DNA of 53,017 nt from a virus. Taxonomy: Duplodnaviria > Caudoviricetes. The position numbers and the translations under genes were made by a program. The stretch is from positions 1 through 53,017 of IMG/VR virus record IMGVR_UViG_3300032116_000284; one strand, given 5' to 3'. The notes under the pieces were generated by a model. It worked only from the letters and a program-made list of their open reading frames with translations, was not told where the DNA came from and did not search any database. Shown in pieces: positions 37,685 through 46,443 of the stretch. The first letter of the stretch is position 1, and each line of letters begins with the position of its first letter.

Positions 37685-38374
37685 ATGCCCGAGTTCAACC
37701 CGAGACGAAAGAAGAAGGTATATACCTTTGGACGTAGCCAACCTCAACAGGTTGTTCGTTCTGGGGAAGAATACTTCGATCTAGCCCGAACGGAACAAGC
37801 GTACCCTTTCTATGGGCTGTTCGGTCCTAACGCTGCGTTCCCCACAGGCAGTGCCATTGTTGTTACTGGCGAGTACGACGAGAGCACTGTTACGTTTGCA
37901 AACACCGACACAGCGAACATCACGTTCAACGTAACATTCACAAGCACTCCTGTTGTTGCTGTGAGTCTTATACCAAACGGAAATGGTCTTGAGAACGTGG
38001 CGGCAACAATTGCTAGCGTGACAACCACGGGCTGCACGGTGAACTTGTCTGCACCTTTTGGCGGCAAGCTTCTGTACAGAGCGATTTACGCTGCTGTTTA
38101 CCCTGCTATCGTCGAGAGGGTTACGGTTAGCGCATCGTTCTACTACACCGCATCTGCAGGAACAAGTGACCTTTCGATTGGAGACAACTTCCTGGCGTCA
38201 TATACGTCCTTGGGGGCAACTCCTACCGACATGTTCATCACTGTTGAAGACAGAAACGTCTCTGGTGATGCTGTGGTTGCTGTTGTTGAAACAGGGAGCT
38301 ATGGGCTGACAAGCACTCAGGTGAGCTTGTCGGCACCGATAACGGATAGAGTTCACTACATCGTTGTGAAGTAG
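37685..38374 (+). CDS. beta-rich virion/tail-fibre accessory protein
   Basis: ITFNVTFTSTPVVAV...TTTGCTV fibre-tip-like repeat; TAGTTAT upstream. Confidence 0.55.
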   Translation: MPEFNPRRKKKVYTFGRSQPQQVVRSGEEYFDLARTEQAYPFYGLFGPNAAFPTGSAIVVTGEYDESTVTFANTDTANITFNVTFTSTPVVAVSLIPNGNGLENVAATIASVTTTGCTVNLSAPFGGKLLYRAIYAAVYPAIVERVTVSASFYYTASAGTSDLSIGDNFLASYTSLGATPTDMFITVEDRNVSGDAVVAVVETGSYGLTSTQVSLSAPITDRVHYIVVK

Positions 38375-38406
38375 TTCGTGAATACCTAAGACGGAGAGAA
38401 TATACA

Positions 38407-40341
38407 ATGGCGAATGACTTTCGAGCACAACAAGCAAGAGTGAGCAAGATTATCGGTTCTGGGTCTTCCATCATGGTGTACCCTTCCGGTAGCGCTTCTG
38501 ATTTTGCTGGGAACGTAACGTTCTCTTCCGGTTCAGTTGGAACAGATGTGTTCCTGTTTATCTCAGGCAGTTCAACGGCAAAAACCTTGTTCGGTGGAGA
38601 CACTCATACGTCCGGTGCTGCAACCGTTGGTGGAGCATTTACCGTCAATGGTGCTACAAGCCTCAACGGGACAGTTGGCCTTGGTGATGCAGCTGCAGAC
38701 GTTGTGACCATCACAGGGCAGCTGACAGCCTCACAGGGGCTTAGCGCATCCCTTCCAGTGATAGGTGGCACGGCTAGATTCAACTTCCTTTCGGGTACAC
38801 TTCAAAAAACAGCTGCAGGTGCCAACTTCCTTGTTGGAAGCAACCTCACCGTGAACTACAACAGCTCTGGTCAATGGGAACTGTCTGGCTCTGCTGCGGC
38901 TTCCGTTGCCTTCCTTTCTGGTGCTGTTGCTTATTCTGGCTCTTCAGGCATTACTGGCTCTTCTGCTCTTGGGTTCAACGACAACACGAAGACGTTGACC
39001 TTGGGAGGGCCTCTGAGCGCCTCCCTTGTCGATGCCATAACGTCGAACAGTTCTAGCGTTGCAACCTTCACACACAACGCTGGTACTGGTTCTGCTGGCA
39101 TCGGGGCTGACATCACCTTCAGAGTGAGCAACGGCTCTGGTGTTCTCACGGATGCTGCTGCTATCGGTGGTATGTTGCTCACGACAACCAATGGTGCTGA
39201 ATCAGGTTCTCTCGATATCAAGACAAGAGCTGCAGGCGGCGCTCTTCGAAGAGCTATGAGAGTGTATGGCTCCGGTGGCATATCAATTGGCACGGACGCA
39301 ACTATTGTCTCTGACCCAGGAAACGGTGGAATCTGCTTACCAATCAACTCGGGACTCTACGTCAACAGCGGCGGATCCAGCTATGCGTGTGCAGGTGTGT
39401 TCGGTGGTTCCACTATGGTTTTCGGTTCTGGTGCATGGAACGTACAGCTCAACGCCTACTCATTGTCCATCTCTGCTGGGCAGGGAATGGGATTGAGCAA
39501 CGGGTGGTTCTCGCTCGCCGCTGCGGCTGGGTTCCGAAGAGTGAAGCTCGATGTAAACAACACCAACAAAACCGGTGCGTTGGCCGAGAACATGGTCAAC
39601 ATGATTTCGATGTCAGCTCCTAGAACTGTTACACTGCCTGCCGCTACAGACGGTGTTGTCTACCGTGTGAACGGCAGCCAGTTCGCTTCGCCAACGAACT
39701 ACATTGCCATCACTGGTTCAACGAACGCCAAGATAAACGGCAGGCGTGATATGCCTGTATACCTGACACAGCCATATAGCTCAGTAGAACTGTGGAGCGA
39801 TGGTGAAGGTTGGCAGGTTCACAACAGAACGCCCAACACAACCAACGAAAGCTCCATTGACTTCGCCATAGCCAGAAACGCTGCAGGTCCAGTTGAATCG
39901 GCAGGCGACTACTCCTACGGCATCAACTTCTCGGTAGCTACCGGCTCACTCTGCACGGGTTTCAGACTGCTGTGGTCTGGATCATCGCCAAGGGACTTCA
40001 TGGTCAAGTTGTGGTCGGGTTCCGTGGCCATTGCATCACAGTCTGTTGCGCTGACAGGATCGAACGACTATCGTGGTGTGTGGACAGCACCGGTTGTTAT
40101 GACAAGGTACAACAACTACTACATAAGCTTCCGAGAGATAACCGGTACCTACTACTACCCCACAACTGTGACGGATATCGCTGATTTTGGCGGTGGTAGC
40201 GGTCAGACGCCGGTGAGGTTCGGACGAAACAACGTTCTCATCGGGAAGTTCTTCAACAACGTTGGAGCCGGTGATACTTTCCCCAACAGTGAGAGCTTCG
40301 GTTCGAAGATAGCAACCATCGAACCTGATGTTTTCTTCTGA
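38407..40341 (+). CDS. tail fibre / receptor-binding-like protein
   Basis: 644 aa, Gly/Ser/Thr-rich with SGS repeats, RTVTLPAATDG module and a C-terminal beta-sandwich-like domain. Confidence 0.65.
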   Translation: MANDFRAQQARVSKIIGSGSSIMVYPSGSASDFAGNVTFSSGSVGTDVFLFISGSSTAKTLFGGDTHTSGAATVGGAFTVNGATSLNGTVGLGDAAADVVTITGQLTASQGLSASLPVIGGTARFNFLSGTLQKTAAGANFLVGSNLTVNYNSSGQWELSGSAAASVAFLSGAVAYSGSSGITGSSALGFNDNTKTLTLGGPLSASLVDAITSNSSSVATFTHNAGTGSAGIGADITFRVSNGSGVLTDAAAIGGMLLTTTNGAESGSLDIKTRAAGGALRRAMRVYGSGGISIGTDATIVSDPGNGGICLPINSGLYVNSGGSSYACAGVFGGSTMVFGSGAWNVQLNAYSLSISAGQGMGLSNGWFSLAAAAGFRRVKLDVNNTNKTGALAENMVNMISMSAPRTVTLPAATDGVVYRVNGSQFASPTNYIAITGSTNAKINGRRDMPVYLTQPYSSVELWSDGEGWQVHNRTPNTTNESSIDFAIARNAAGPVESAGDYSYGINFSVATGSLCTGFRLLWSGSSPRDFMVKLWSGSVAIASQSVALTGSNDYRGVWTAPVVMTRYNNYYISFREITGTYYYPTTVTDIADFGGGSGQTPVRFGRNNVLIGKFFNNVGAGDTFPNSESFGSKIATIEPDVFF

Positions 40342-40345
40342 TATC

Positions 40346-40383
40346 CAGAACCAGTTGACACCTTGATACTGGTTCTGTACCAT
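40346..40383 (+). promoter_or_regulatory. sigma70 promoter overlapped by a 10-bp inverted repeat
   Basis: TTGACA (40355-40360)-N17-TACCAT (40378-40383); CAGAACCAGT / ACTGGTTCTG arms at 40346-40355 and 40368-40377. Confidence 0.7.
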
Positions 40384-40448
40384 GCTGGGTTGATAACAAC
40401 CCTTTACTGCAAACAACCAAGACTCACCGTGATATCTAGAGAACGCTG

Positions 40449-43118
40449 ATGACGACCACTTCCCTTCTATACAGCTCCAAACAGCTCTTCAGCTCGAAGA
40501 AGCTCAACAAGAAAAAGAAGAGTGAGAAGCAGGCTGGTGACGAGCCTAGGGCCAAACACAACAAGCAGTTGGTGTTCAGTCATCATGAGTGGAGAGACTC
40601 GACGGTTGAAATAATCTCAAAGGTCATCCTTGAGAACAGGCTGCCTGTCATCGAGTTGTTCAGTGTAGGGACGGCTGTTGATGATGGCGAGAGGTATTGC
40701 AGCTGTGGATACTTGAACTGTCCAAAGCCAGGGAAGCACCCATCAAACTGGCGAAACTGGACCAGGGCCTTGATTCCTAGTGCTGAGTATCTTGCAAAGA
40801 TGCTTCAGAAGAAGAACCGAAACTATGCCATCGTTGCTGGCAGGCGCTCACCGAAGAACGGTAAGTGTCTTATCGTTGTTGACGTTGACCAGTTCGACCA
40901 TCCATACCTCAACTCGCTGAAGGACAGCAACACGTTCTACTACAGAACGGGTGGAGGAGGTTATCACTTCTGGTTCTGGACAACAGAATATCTCTCCAAA
41001 AACTCCATATCACTTCTGGCTAAGTCTCTTGACACAAGAGGAGCAAACGGCTATGCCATTATTCCTCCAAGCGAACACTTGAAGGGTTCTTACCACGAAC
41101 TAGTCGGGAACACCATCCAGGACTTACCAGAATGGCTTGCAGTCGAGTTGCGTGAGAAGATCAAGGCCAAGGCTGCTGAGAGACGTGAAGCCGCTGGTAA
41201 GGCTAATAGACACACTACAGCGCTCGTGCAAAACTTGATTGACTCACTCGGGCAAGAACCTACAGAGACGAAGAAGACTTTCAGTCAAGGGTTCTGGGCT
41301 ACAGCTACTGTTGTGCAAATAAGAAGAGCGTTGGCACTGCCGGGAGAGCTTGTTCCTATCGGCACAAGGAACAACGTCATGTTCAAGTTGTTGTCGGCCA
41401 AGAGGGTTCTTGGTGCTTCCGAGACAGAGTTGTGCGCTGAAGCACAAAAGGTGTTGAGCAGGTTTGAGAACCCGATTGCATTCTCCGAAGAGATTCCTGG
41501 CATAGTTTCCAGCGTGTTGAAGTACAAGTCTTACGACACGTCCTACGACAAGGTAAACGTCAACTACATCTTGTGGCTTATGAAGAACACGAAGTTCTCG
41601 TTCACAAGGGAGACTCCCGAAGAGAGACTCACACGGCTTGAGGAAGCCGACAGGGCATTCTTCGCTGGCCTTGAGGTTGTAGAGAACCCAGGCGAGGATG
41701 AAGAACCAGGAGTAAGCTTGACTCAGATATCCGACATGAGGGCCGAATACCTTCAACGAGAACTGGGATGCAAGGGGTCCGTCTATAAGCCTCAACATCT
41801 AGCACGGAAACTTGTGGCCTTGGGATATAAGCGGTTTAGGACCGCTAAGAGAAATTATTGGAACATTCGTTTTACCCAGTGTATACTCAAGCCAGTGGAA
41901 CATTACCAGAGAGGGTCTTCCTCTGCCTGCCCTATGCCACCACAAGAGCGTATAAAGGACACAGTGAAGGAACATAAACAGAGGATGGCTGTCATTGTTC
42001 AAGAGAGACAGAAGCCCGAGATAGAGTTGGGCCGTGTGTACACCTCAGATGACACAGGGAAAGAGTATGCTCTATATGAACCCAGGCTTGTTGTTCCTAC
42101 CAGTGATGGTAAGCAGTACGTGTCGAACTTCCAGTTGCTTGAAGATGCAACCGGCACAAGGGACTACATCTGGATAGCACCCAAGCAGCTGTTTCTCGTT
42201 CTGGAAGCACAGAAGAACACGATGCTTGGAATGGGCGAGGACATGCTCTGGCTGCGTGTTATCGCTGGCTCAAAAGAGAACGTTTCCCCGATATGGAAAA
42301 ACGTTGACGTTGCTCCCGAAGGAACTGTTGCTTGGATTCTTGCAGACCCGGCACACCTTGTTCCTGTTGGGCCACCGACACAGAAGCGTCAACAGAGCAG
42401 GAAAGAACACAAGACCATGAACATGACGAACAAAGCTGAAGGGAACAAGAGCGAGGTTGTTGCTCTGCATTTCTCGGACTTGCATTCAAGGTTGCACTTG
42501 TTGAACGAGCACCTTCAGTCATTGAAGGACATGAAGTTCGACTGTTGGATCAACACGGGAGACTTCTTCCCAAACCTGCCACATGGAGGTTTGGTTGAGA
42601 ACGAGCGGAGATACCAAGAGGGTTGGTTCCTGCAAGTCAAGGAATACTTGTTCGAGCTGCTTGACGGCAAGCCTGTGATAACGGTTGACGGGAACCACGA
42701 CTTCATTTCGCTGGCTGACATGCTGGTCAAGCATGGGTATCCAGGAGAGGTCTACAAGATAGAACAAGGGAAGACGTTGGAGTTCATGGGTTTGAAGTTC
42801 AAGGGATTCCAGCACATTCCATGGTGCGGTGGATTCTGGAACCATGAGGTTGATGTTTCCTCCATGGAAAAGATCGTAAGACAGACGTTCGATGGTGCGG
42901 AGGATGTAGATGTGCTGCTTACGCACACTCCTCCACAGGACATCCTAGCTTGTCAGTGGGGCGTTCCAGCGCTGAGAGACAAGCTGCTGTTCACGACCCA
43001 TGGGTTTAGGTACCACATGTTTGGTCATGTGCATGAAAGCCCAGGACAACACGAACAAAACTACATCAAGTTCTTCAACTCGGCTGGTATTGTTCAGCGT
43101 GTTGTGATGACGAAGTAA
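40449..43118 (+). CDS. Prim-Pol (bifunctional primase-polymerase) + unknown domain + calcineurin-like metallophosphoesterase in one ORF
   Basis: CSCG...PGKHP, NYAI, VVDVD, RTGGGGYHFWF, LDTRGANGYAIIPPS, GTRN (PriCT-like); C-terminal SDLH, GDFF, GNHD, THTPP, GHVHE. Confidence 0.8.
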   Translation: MTTTSLLYSSKQLFSSKKLNKKKKSEKQAGDEPRAKHNKQLVFSHHEWRDSTVEIISKVILENRLPVIELFSVGTAVDDGERYCSCGYLNCPKPGKHPSNWRNWTRALIPSAEYLAKMLQKKNRNYAIVAGRRSPKNGKCLIVVDVDQFDHPYLNSLKDSNTFYYRTGGGGYHFWFWTTEYLSKNSISLLAKSLDTRGANGYAIIPPSEHLKGSYHELVGNTIQDLPEWLAVELREKIKAKAAERREAAGKANRHTTALVQNLIDSLGQEPTETKKTFSQGFWATATVVQIRRALALPGELVPIGTRNNVMFKLLSAKRVLGASETELCAEAQKVLSRFENPIAFSEEIPGIVSSVLKYKSYDTSYDKVNVNYILWLMKNTKFSFTRETPEERLTRLEEADRAFFAGLEVVENPGEDEEPGVSLTQISDMRAEYLQRELGCKGSVYKPQHLARKLVALGYKRFRTAKRNYWNIRFTQCILKPVEHYQRGSSSACPMPPQERIKDTVKEHKQRMAVIVQERQKPEIELGRVYTSDDTGKEYALYEPRLVVPTSDGKQYVSNFQLLEDATGTRDYIWIAPKQLFLVLEAQKNTMLGMGEDMLWLRVIAGSKENVSPIWKNVDVAPEGTVAWILADPAHLVPVGPPTQKRQQSRKEHKTMNMTNKAEGNKSEVVALHFSDLHSRLHLLNEHLQSLKDMKFDCWINTGDFFPNLPHGGLVENERRYQEGWFLQVKEYLFELLDGKPVITVDGNHDFISLADMLVKHGYPGEVYKIEQGKTLEFMGLKFKGFQHIPWCGGFWNHEVDVSSMEKIVRQTFDGAEDVDVLLTHTPPQDILACQWGVPALRDKLLFTTHGFRYHMFGHVHESPGQHEQNYIKFFNSAGIVQRVVMTK
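41886..41915 (+). repeat. dispersed 30-bp element, copy 3 (inside Prim-Pol ORF linker)
   Basis: CTCAAGCC-AGTGGAACATTACCAGAGAGGG. Confidence 0.95.
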
Positions 43119-43151
43119 TAATACCCAGGAAATTCCCTGGTATTATATTCG

Positions 43152-43180
43152 TTGAGTTTTCGTGTTCCTTATGGTATTCT
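43152..43180 (+). promoter_or_regulatory. sigma70-type leaderless promoter
   Basis: TTGAGT-N17-TATTCT with TGG extension, 6 nt to ATG at 43187. Confidence 0.7.
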
Positions 43181-43186
43181 TGGTAC

Positions 43187-44296
43187 ATGAAGACGACGAC
43201 GGACTCCAGGCTGTACAAGTTGGTGGCATCCCTCGGTGGACTTTCTAGGTCTCATAACGAAAAAAGGAAGTGTTCTCGCTGCGGATTGGGCTTGGAAGAT
43301 CCGGCCAGCTTCGAACGTGGCCAAGGGCCGGTGTGTGCCAAGAAGGACACGCACTTGTTCGCCAAGACGATTCCGGCCAACTTCCCCATGGCGACGATGA
43401 ACGCTATGAGCGTGAACGTGGAGCTTCTTGCCGAGACGGTTCGTCCTGTGTGGCGCTCGGTGATTGAGCTGTTGACGTTCAAGTCTTCGAGGGCTCTTGC
43501 TGCTGCGAACCTTGACACGCTGGTGTTTCACGCTTCGGGTGAAGACTGCCGGTTGATTGTCAAGGTGATCGACTGGATGTTGTCTTTCGAGACTCGTGGA
43601 GACCAGAAGAACCTGCTGATTCAGACGGTCAAGAATCTTGGATATCCTGGCCTTGCTGGTGTTCTTGCTGGCCAGTCTTCGACGGGCGAGGCTGTTCTTG
43701 CCTTCGATGACGTGAAGGGAGTTCTCACGCTCAAGGGTTCCAGCAACAAGGCTGGTTTCTTGGCGATGCGCAAGATTCCGGGGATTGTTGTTCCCCGGTA
43801 CCGGTCGCAGGGAGTCTACGAGGCTCCTGCTTCCCAGCATGAGAAGTTCATCGCTGCGGTGATGGAGTTCTGGCCTTGCTTCTCTGGTGAAGTGGAGGCT
43901 ATCACGGCGAAGGCGAATGCGTGGTGTGCTGCTCACCCTGTCAAGGTTGCTGCACAGGCGAAGGCTGCGCAGGTTGACAACCGTCCCAAGGCCAAGGTCG
44001 TGACCCAAGCCAACAGCATCGTGGTGTCCTTCGCTTGGGACAAGAGCTTCACTCCGAGGGTTGTGGAGGATATCAAGACGATCAACTGGAAGGAACGCTC
44101 GTACAACCCCAACGATCGTACTTGGAAGGTGAACCTCGCTCACAAGGACAAGGTTCTTGGCATCCTGAAGGCTCACTACGCCGTCGAAGAGGTTTCCGGC
44201 GACAGCACCACCGCCACTCCTGCTGCTGCCTCCTATAAGCCGTATAGGGGCTCCTACGGACGCAGTGGCCGGAACTGCAACAACCGGGCTTACTGA
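43187..44296 (+). CDS. early protein with DUF6011-like zinc finger and C-terminal HARP-like module
   Basis: CSRCGLGLEDPASFERGQGPVCAKK; IKTINWKERSYNPNDRTWKV; high-GC codon usage. Confidence 0.65.
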   Translation: MKTTTDSRLYKLVASLGGLSRSHNEKRKCSRCGLGLEDPASFERGQGPVCAKKDTHLFAKTIPANFPMATMNAMSVNVELLAETVRPVWRSVIELLTFKSSRALAAANLDTLVFHASGEDCRLIVKVIDWMLSFETRGDQKNLLIQTVKNLGYPGLAGVLAGQSSTGEAVLAFDDVKGVLTLKGSSNKAGFLAMRKIPGIVVPRYRSQGVYEAPASQHEKFIAAVMEFWPCFSGEVEAITAKANAWCAAHPVKVAAQAKAAQVDNRPKAKVVTQANSIVVSFAWDKSFTPRVVEDIKTINWKERSYNPNDRTWKVNLAHKDKVLGILKAHYAVEEVSGDSTTATPAAASYKPYRGSYGRSGRNCNNRAY

Positions 44297-44367
44297 GTCA
44301 GGGAGTTGCGGTAAACGCTCTGGCTTGTACATATAGGTGTGGTTTGCCCCATGGTGAATACACCATA

Positions 44368-44850
44368 ATGGCAAAGAGAAAACACACAAAACAAGTAATC
44401 ACCGAGGTAAACGAGCACACTGCGGGGATGTCCCTGGCGAGGGGCATCAAGGTTGGAGACTTGTGCTACCTTGACGGAAGCATGGTTGGAATATTCAGCA
44501 GTCCTGGGATTGCACCGATAACCGAGATAGGTTTCTTGGGTGAAGATGAGCCCTTCCAGCTAGCTGACTACAAGTCCGACCCTGACAACAGCGACTACTG
44601 CTACGTTGGAGTTATTCCTTCTGACTTGGTTAGCTGTCCTTCGGGATGGATGAGGGTGCCTACAGAGTTCTTCGACTTCTACACCGTGAAGAAAGTAAAA
44701 GTCAAGAAACCGAAGGCCACCAAGCAGAACACCAGAGTCCAACAAGAAACAACAGCCCCGGAACATACCAACACAACCGCCCTGTACAAGAAGGATAACC
44801 TCGAACAACTGTTCTCTGATTATCTGACAAGAGACAGCGCAGATACTTAG
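44368..44850 (+). CDS. hypothetical early protein
   Basis: ORF in co-oriented small-gene cluster; IKVGDLCYL motif. Confidence 0.55.
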   Translation: MAKRKHTKQVITEVNEHTAGMSLARGIKVGDLCYLDGSMVGIFSSPGIAPITEIGFLGEDEPFQLADYKSDPDNSDYCYVGVIPSDLVSCPSGWMRVPTEFFDFYTVKKVKVKKPKATKQNTRVQQETTAPEHTNTTALYKKDNLEQLFSDYLTRDSADT

Positions 44851-44862
44851 CGAACAGCCGTC

Positions 44863-45201
44863 ATGAGCCAGCAGAGTTCCACCAGCAACAACTATCTCCA
44901 CATTACTGTAGTAGAGAATCCGCTCATAAAAGAGATGAACCGGTTCGAACCTGGGAAGCTGTTCAGGAACACTGGTCTGGATCGGGCGATGTTCAGGAAC
45001 TTCAGGGGTGATGAATTCCCGGCGCAGGACGTTGGCACTCTTGACAACATGAAGATTGGCCAGAACTACTTGATTCTAGAACGGGTGAGGGAAGGCTACT
45101 ACACCTGCTACCTCAAGGTTCTCACCGAGAATGGTATCGTTGGCTGGCTGTATGCTGAACTGCGTGAGTTCGGTTCGAAACTAGTCCTTGTGGATCCATA
45201 A
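44863..45201 (+). CDS. small hypothetical protein (SH3-like barrel?)
   Basis: FEPGKLF...LKVLTENGIVGWL. Confidence 0.55.
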   Translation: MSQQSSTSNNYLHITVVENPLIKEMNRFEPGKLFRNTGLDRAMFRNFRGDEFPAQDVGTLDNMKIGQNYLILERVREGYYTCYLKVLTENGIVGWLYAELREFGSKLVLVDP

Positions 45202-45206
45202 AGAAC

Positions 45207-45503
45207 ATGAACAACAGGAAGTTTCTAGAGCGGACGAAACCAGGAGACCTGTGGGTTGCGGTGGGGTACTACATGGAGCACATGGCCGTTCTGAGAACAG
45301 TGACGGAGGAGTCCAGTCCACTGCCAAGCCACTGCAGCCACTGCATTGTGAACGGCAGCGTTTACATGTTTCTCGGATACGACGAAGAGCGACATTTTGG
45401 CAGTTTCGTTGTTCATGTTCTCATGAGTGACGGAATGAAGGCCACTATGTACGTGTCGACAGCCGGTGTGCTGCTTGCAAGCAGATTCGAGCCCGTCAAT
45501 TAA
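45207..45503 (+). CDS. small hypothetical protein
   Basis: TKPGDLWV...VHVLMSDG...FEPVN. Confidence 0.55.
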   Translation: MNNRKFLERTKPGDLWVAVGYYMEHMAVLRTVTEESSPLPSHCSHCIVNGSVYMFLGYDEERHFGSFVVHVLMSDGMKATMYVSTAGVLLASRFEPVN

Positions 45504-45533
45504 ACTCCTGGTAATTACCAGCCAGAATATTCG

Positions 45534-45562
45534 TTGAAGAAACGGCTTGATTCTGGTATATT
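45534..45562 (+). promoter_or_regulatory. sigma70-type leaderless promoter
   Basis: TTGAAG-N17-TATATT with TGG extension, 6 nt to ATG at 45569. Confidence 0.7.
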
Positions 45563-45568
45563 GATCAT

Positions 45569-45856
45569 ATGCGGGACAGTGCAGATATCTTCGGAACACT
45601 ACGGCATCAGTCGTACAAGCCGTTTCTGGAGTCCATCAAGCCCGGAACGATTCTGTTCCGGAAAGACACCTACACGGCGAAAGCACACTGCTCCTGGAAA
45701 AGCGCTGTTGTTCTGGAGTTTGACTACAGCCTCGACTTCCACACAGCAGGAATCCGGACAAAGGTTCTTTTGCCTGAGTTCGAACGAACTTGCTGTTTTA
45801 GTTTGGGTCTCGACAACTTCGTTGAATGGATCACGACAACTCCTCCCAAGGGCTAG
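45569..45856 (+). CDS. small hypothetical protein
   Basis: IKPGTILFR...VLEFDY; paralogous to 46174-46443. Confidence 0.6.
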   Translation: MRDSADIFGTLRHQSYKPFLESIKPGTILFRKDTYTAKAHCSWKSAVVLEFDYSLDFHTAGIRTKVLLPEFERTCCFSLGLDNFVEWITTTPPKG

Positions 45857-45862
45857 ACGCAC

Positions 45863-46168
45863 ATGATCATGCCAAGGATGACCAATGAAGAGTTTGCAAA
45901 AGAACTCAAACCGGGGCAACTGGTTCGTGTTCGGTCGGTACCGGGCTGGGGGCGTAGGCAGCTGTATTTCCCGGACAGCGGTACGTTTGTGGAGTGTGAA
46001 AAAACTGAGGACGGTGAGTTGCTCACGTTCTTGTACGGTGAAGCGAAATCTGCGTTTCGGAACACGCTCTCGCTGTACTTTCTAAACAAGGCGGGCATGG
46101 TCGTGTGTGTGCTTGACGTGTTCAAACAGACAAACGATCTGGTACATCAACTCCAACCTGTCGAGTAA
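45863..46168 (+). CDS. small hypothetical protein
   Basis: LKPGQLVRV...LQPVE. Confidence 0.55.
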   Translation: MIMPRMTNEEFAKELKPGQLVRVRSVPGWGRRQLYFPDSGTFVECEKTEDGELLTFLYGEAKSAFRNTLSLYFLNKAGMVVCVLDVFKQTNDLVHQLQPVE

Positions 46169-46173
46169 AGGCC

Positions 46174-46443
46174 ATGAAAACCAAACACAAAACTCGACTG
46201 ACTGCGCACACGTTACAACGTCTAGAAGCTATCACTCCTGGAATGCTGCTGTACAGAAGATTTACGAGCGAGTTTTACAAAACGTTGTTCGTTCTAGAGT
46301 TCGACTATAACGAACTTTTTGTGAAGTTCGTTGCTTGGGATATTGAGCGGGGCGTGCGGTGTAGTTTCGAAGAAGTGTTCGTAACGGCTTTCCTCGACGC
46401 CTGGACAACGGACCCGAGCAAGGTTTGCTCACATGAAGAATGA
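46174..46443 (+). CDS. small hypothetical protein
   Basis: ITPGMLLYR...VLEFDY...CSF...WTT; paralogous to 45569-45856. Confidence 0.6.
   Translation: MKTKHKTRLTAHTLQRLEAITPGMLLYRRFTSEFYKTLFVLEFDYNELFVKFVAWDIERGVRCSFEEVFVTAFLDAWTTDPSKVCSHEE

Noticed and set aside
41858-41867. TGGAACATT partial match just upstream of repeat copy 3
   Set aside because: Only 9 bp, within coding WNI; may be chance, so not counted as a fourth copy
3020-41915. Dispersed repeat as CRISPR repeat, att site or terminal repeat
   Set aside because: Copies are isolated with no spacer array, no cas or integrase gene is in the window, and there are three internal copies in mixed orientation
43169-44389. 406-aa minus-strand ORF
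   Set aside because: Antisense shadow of 43187-44296, which has the promoter and motifs
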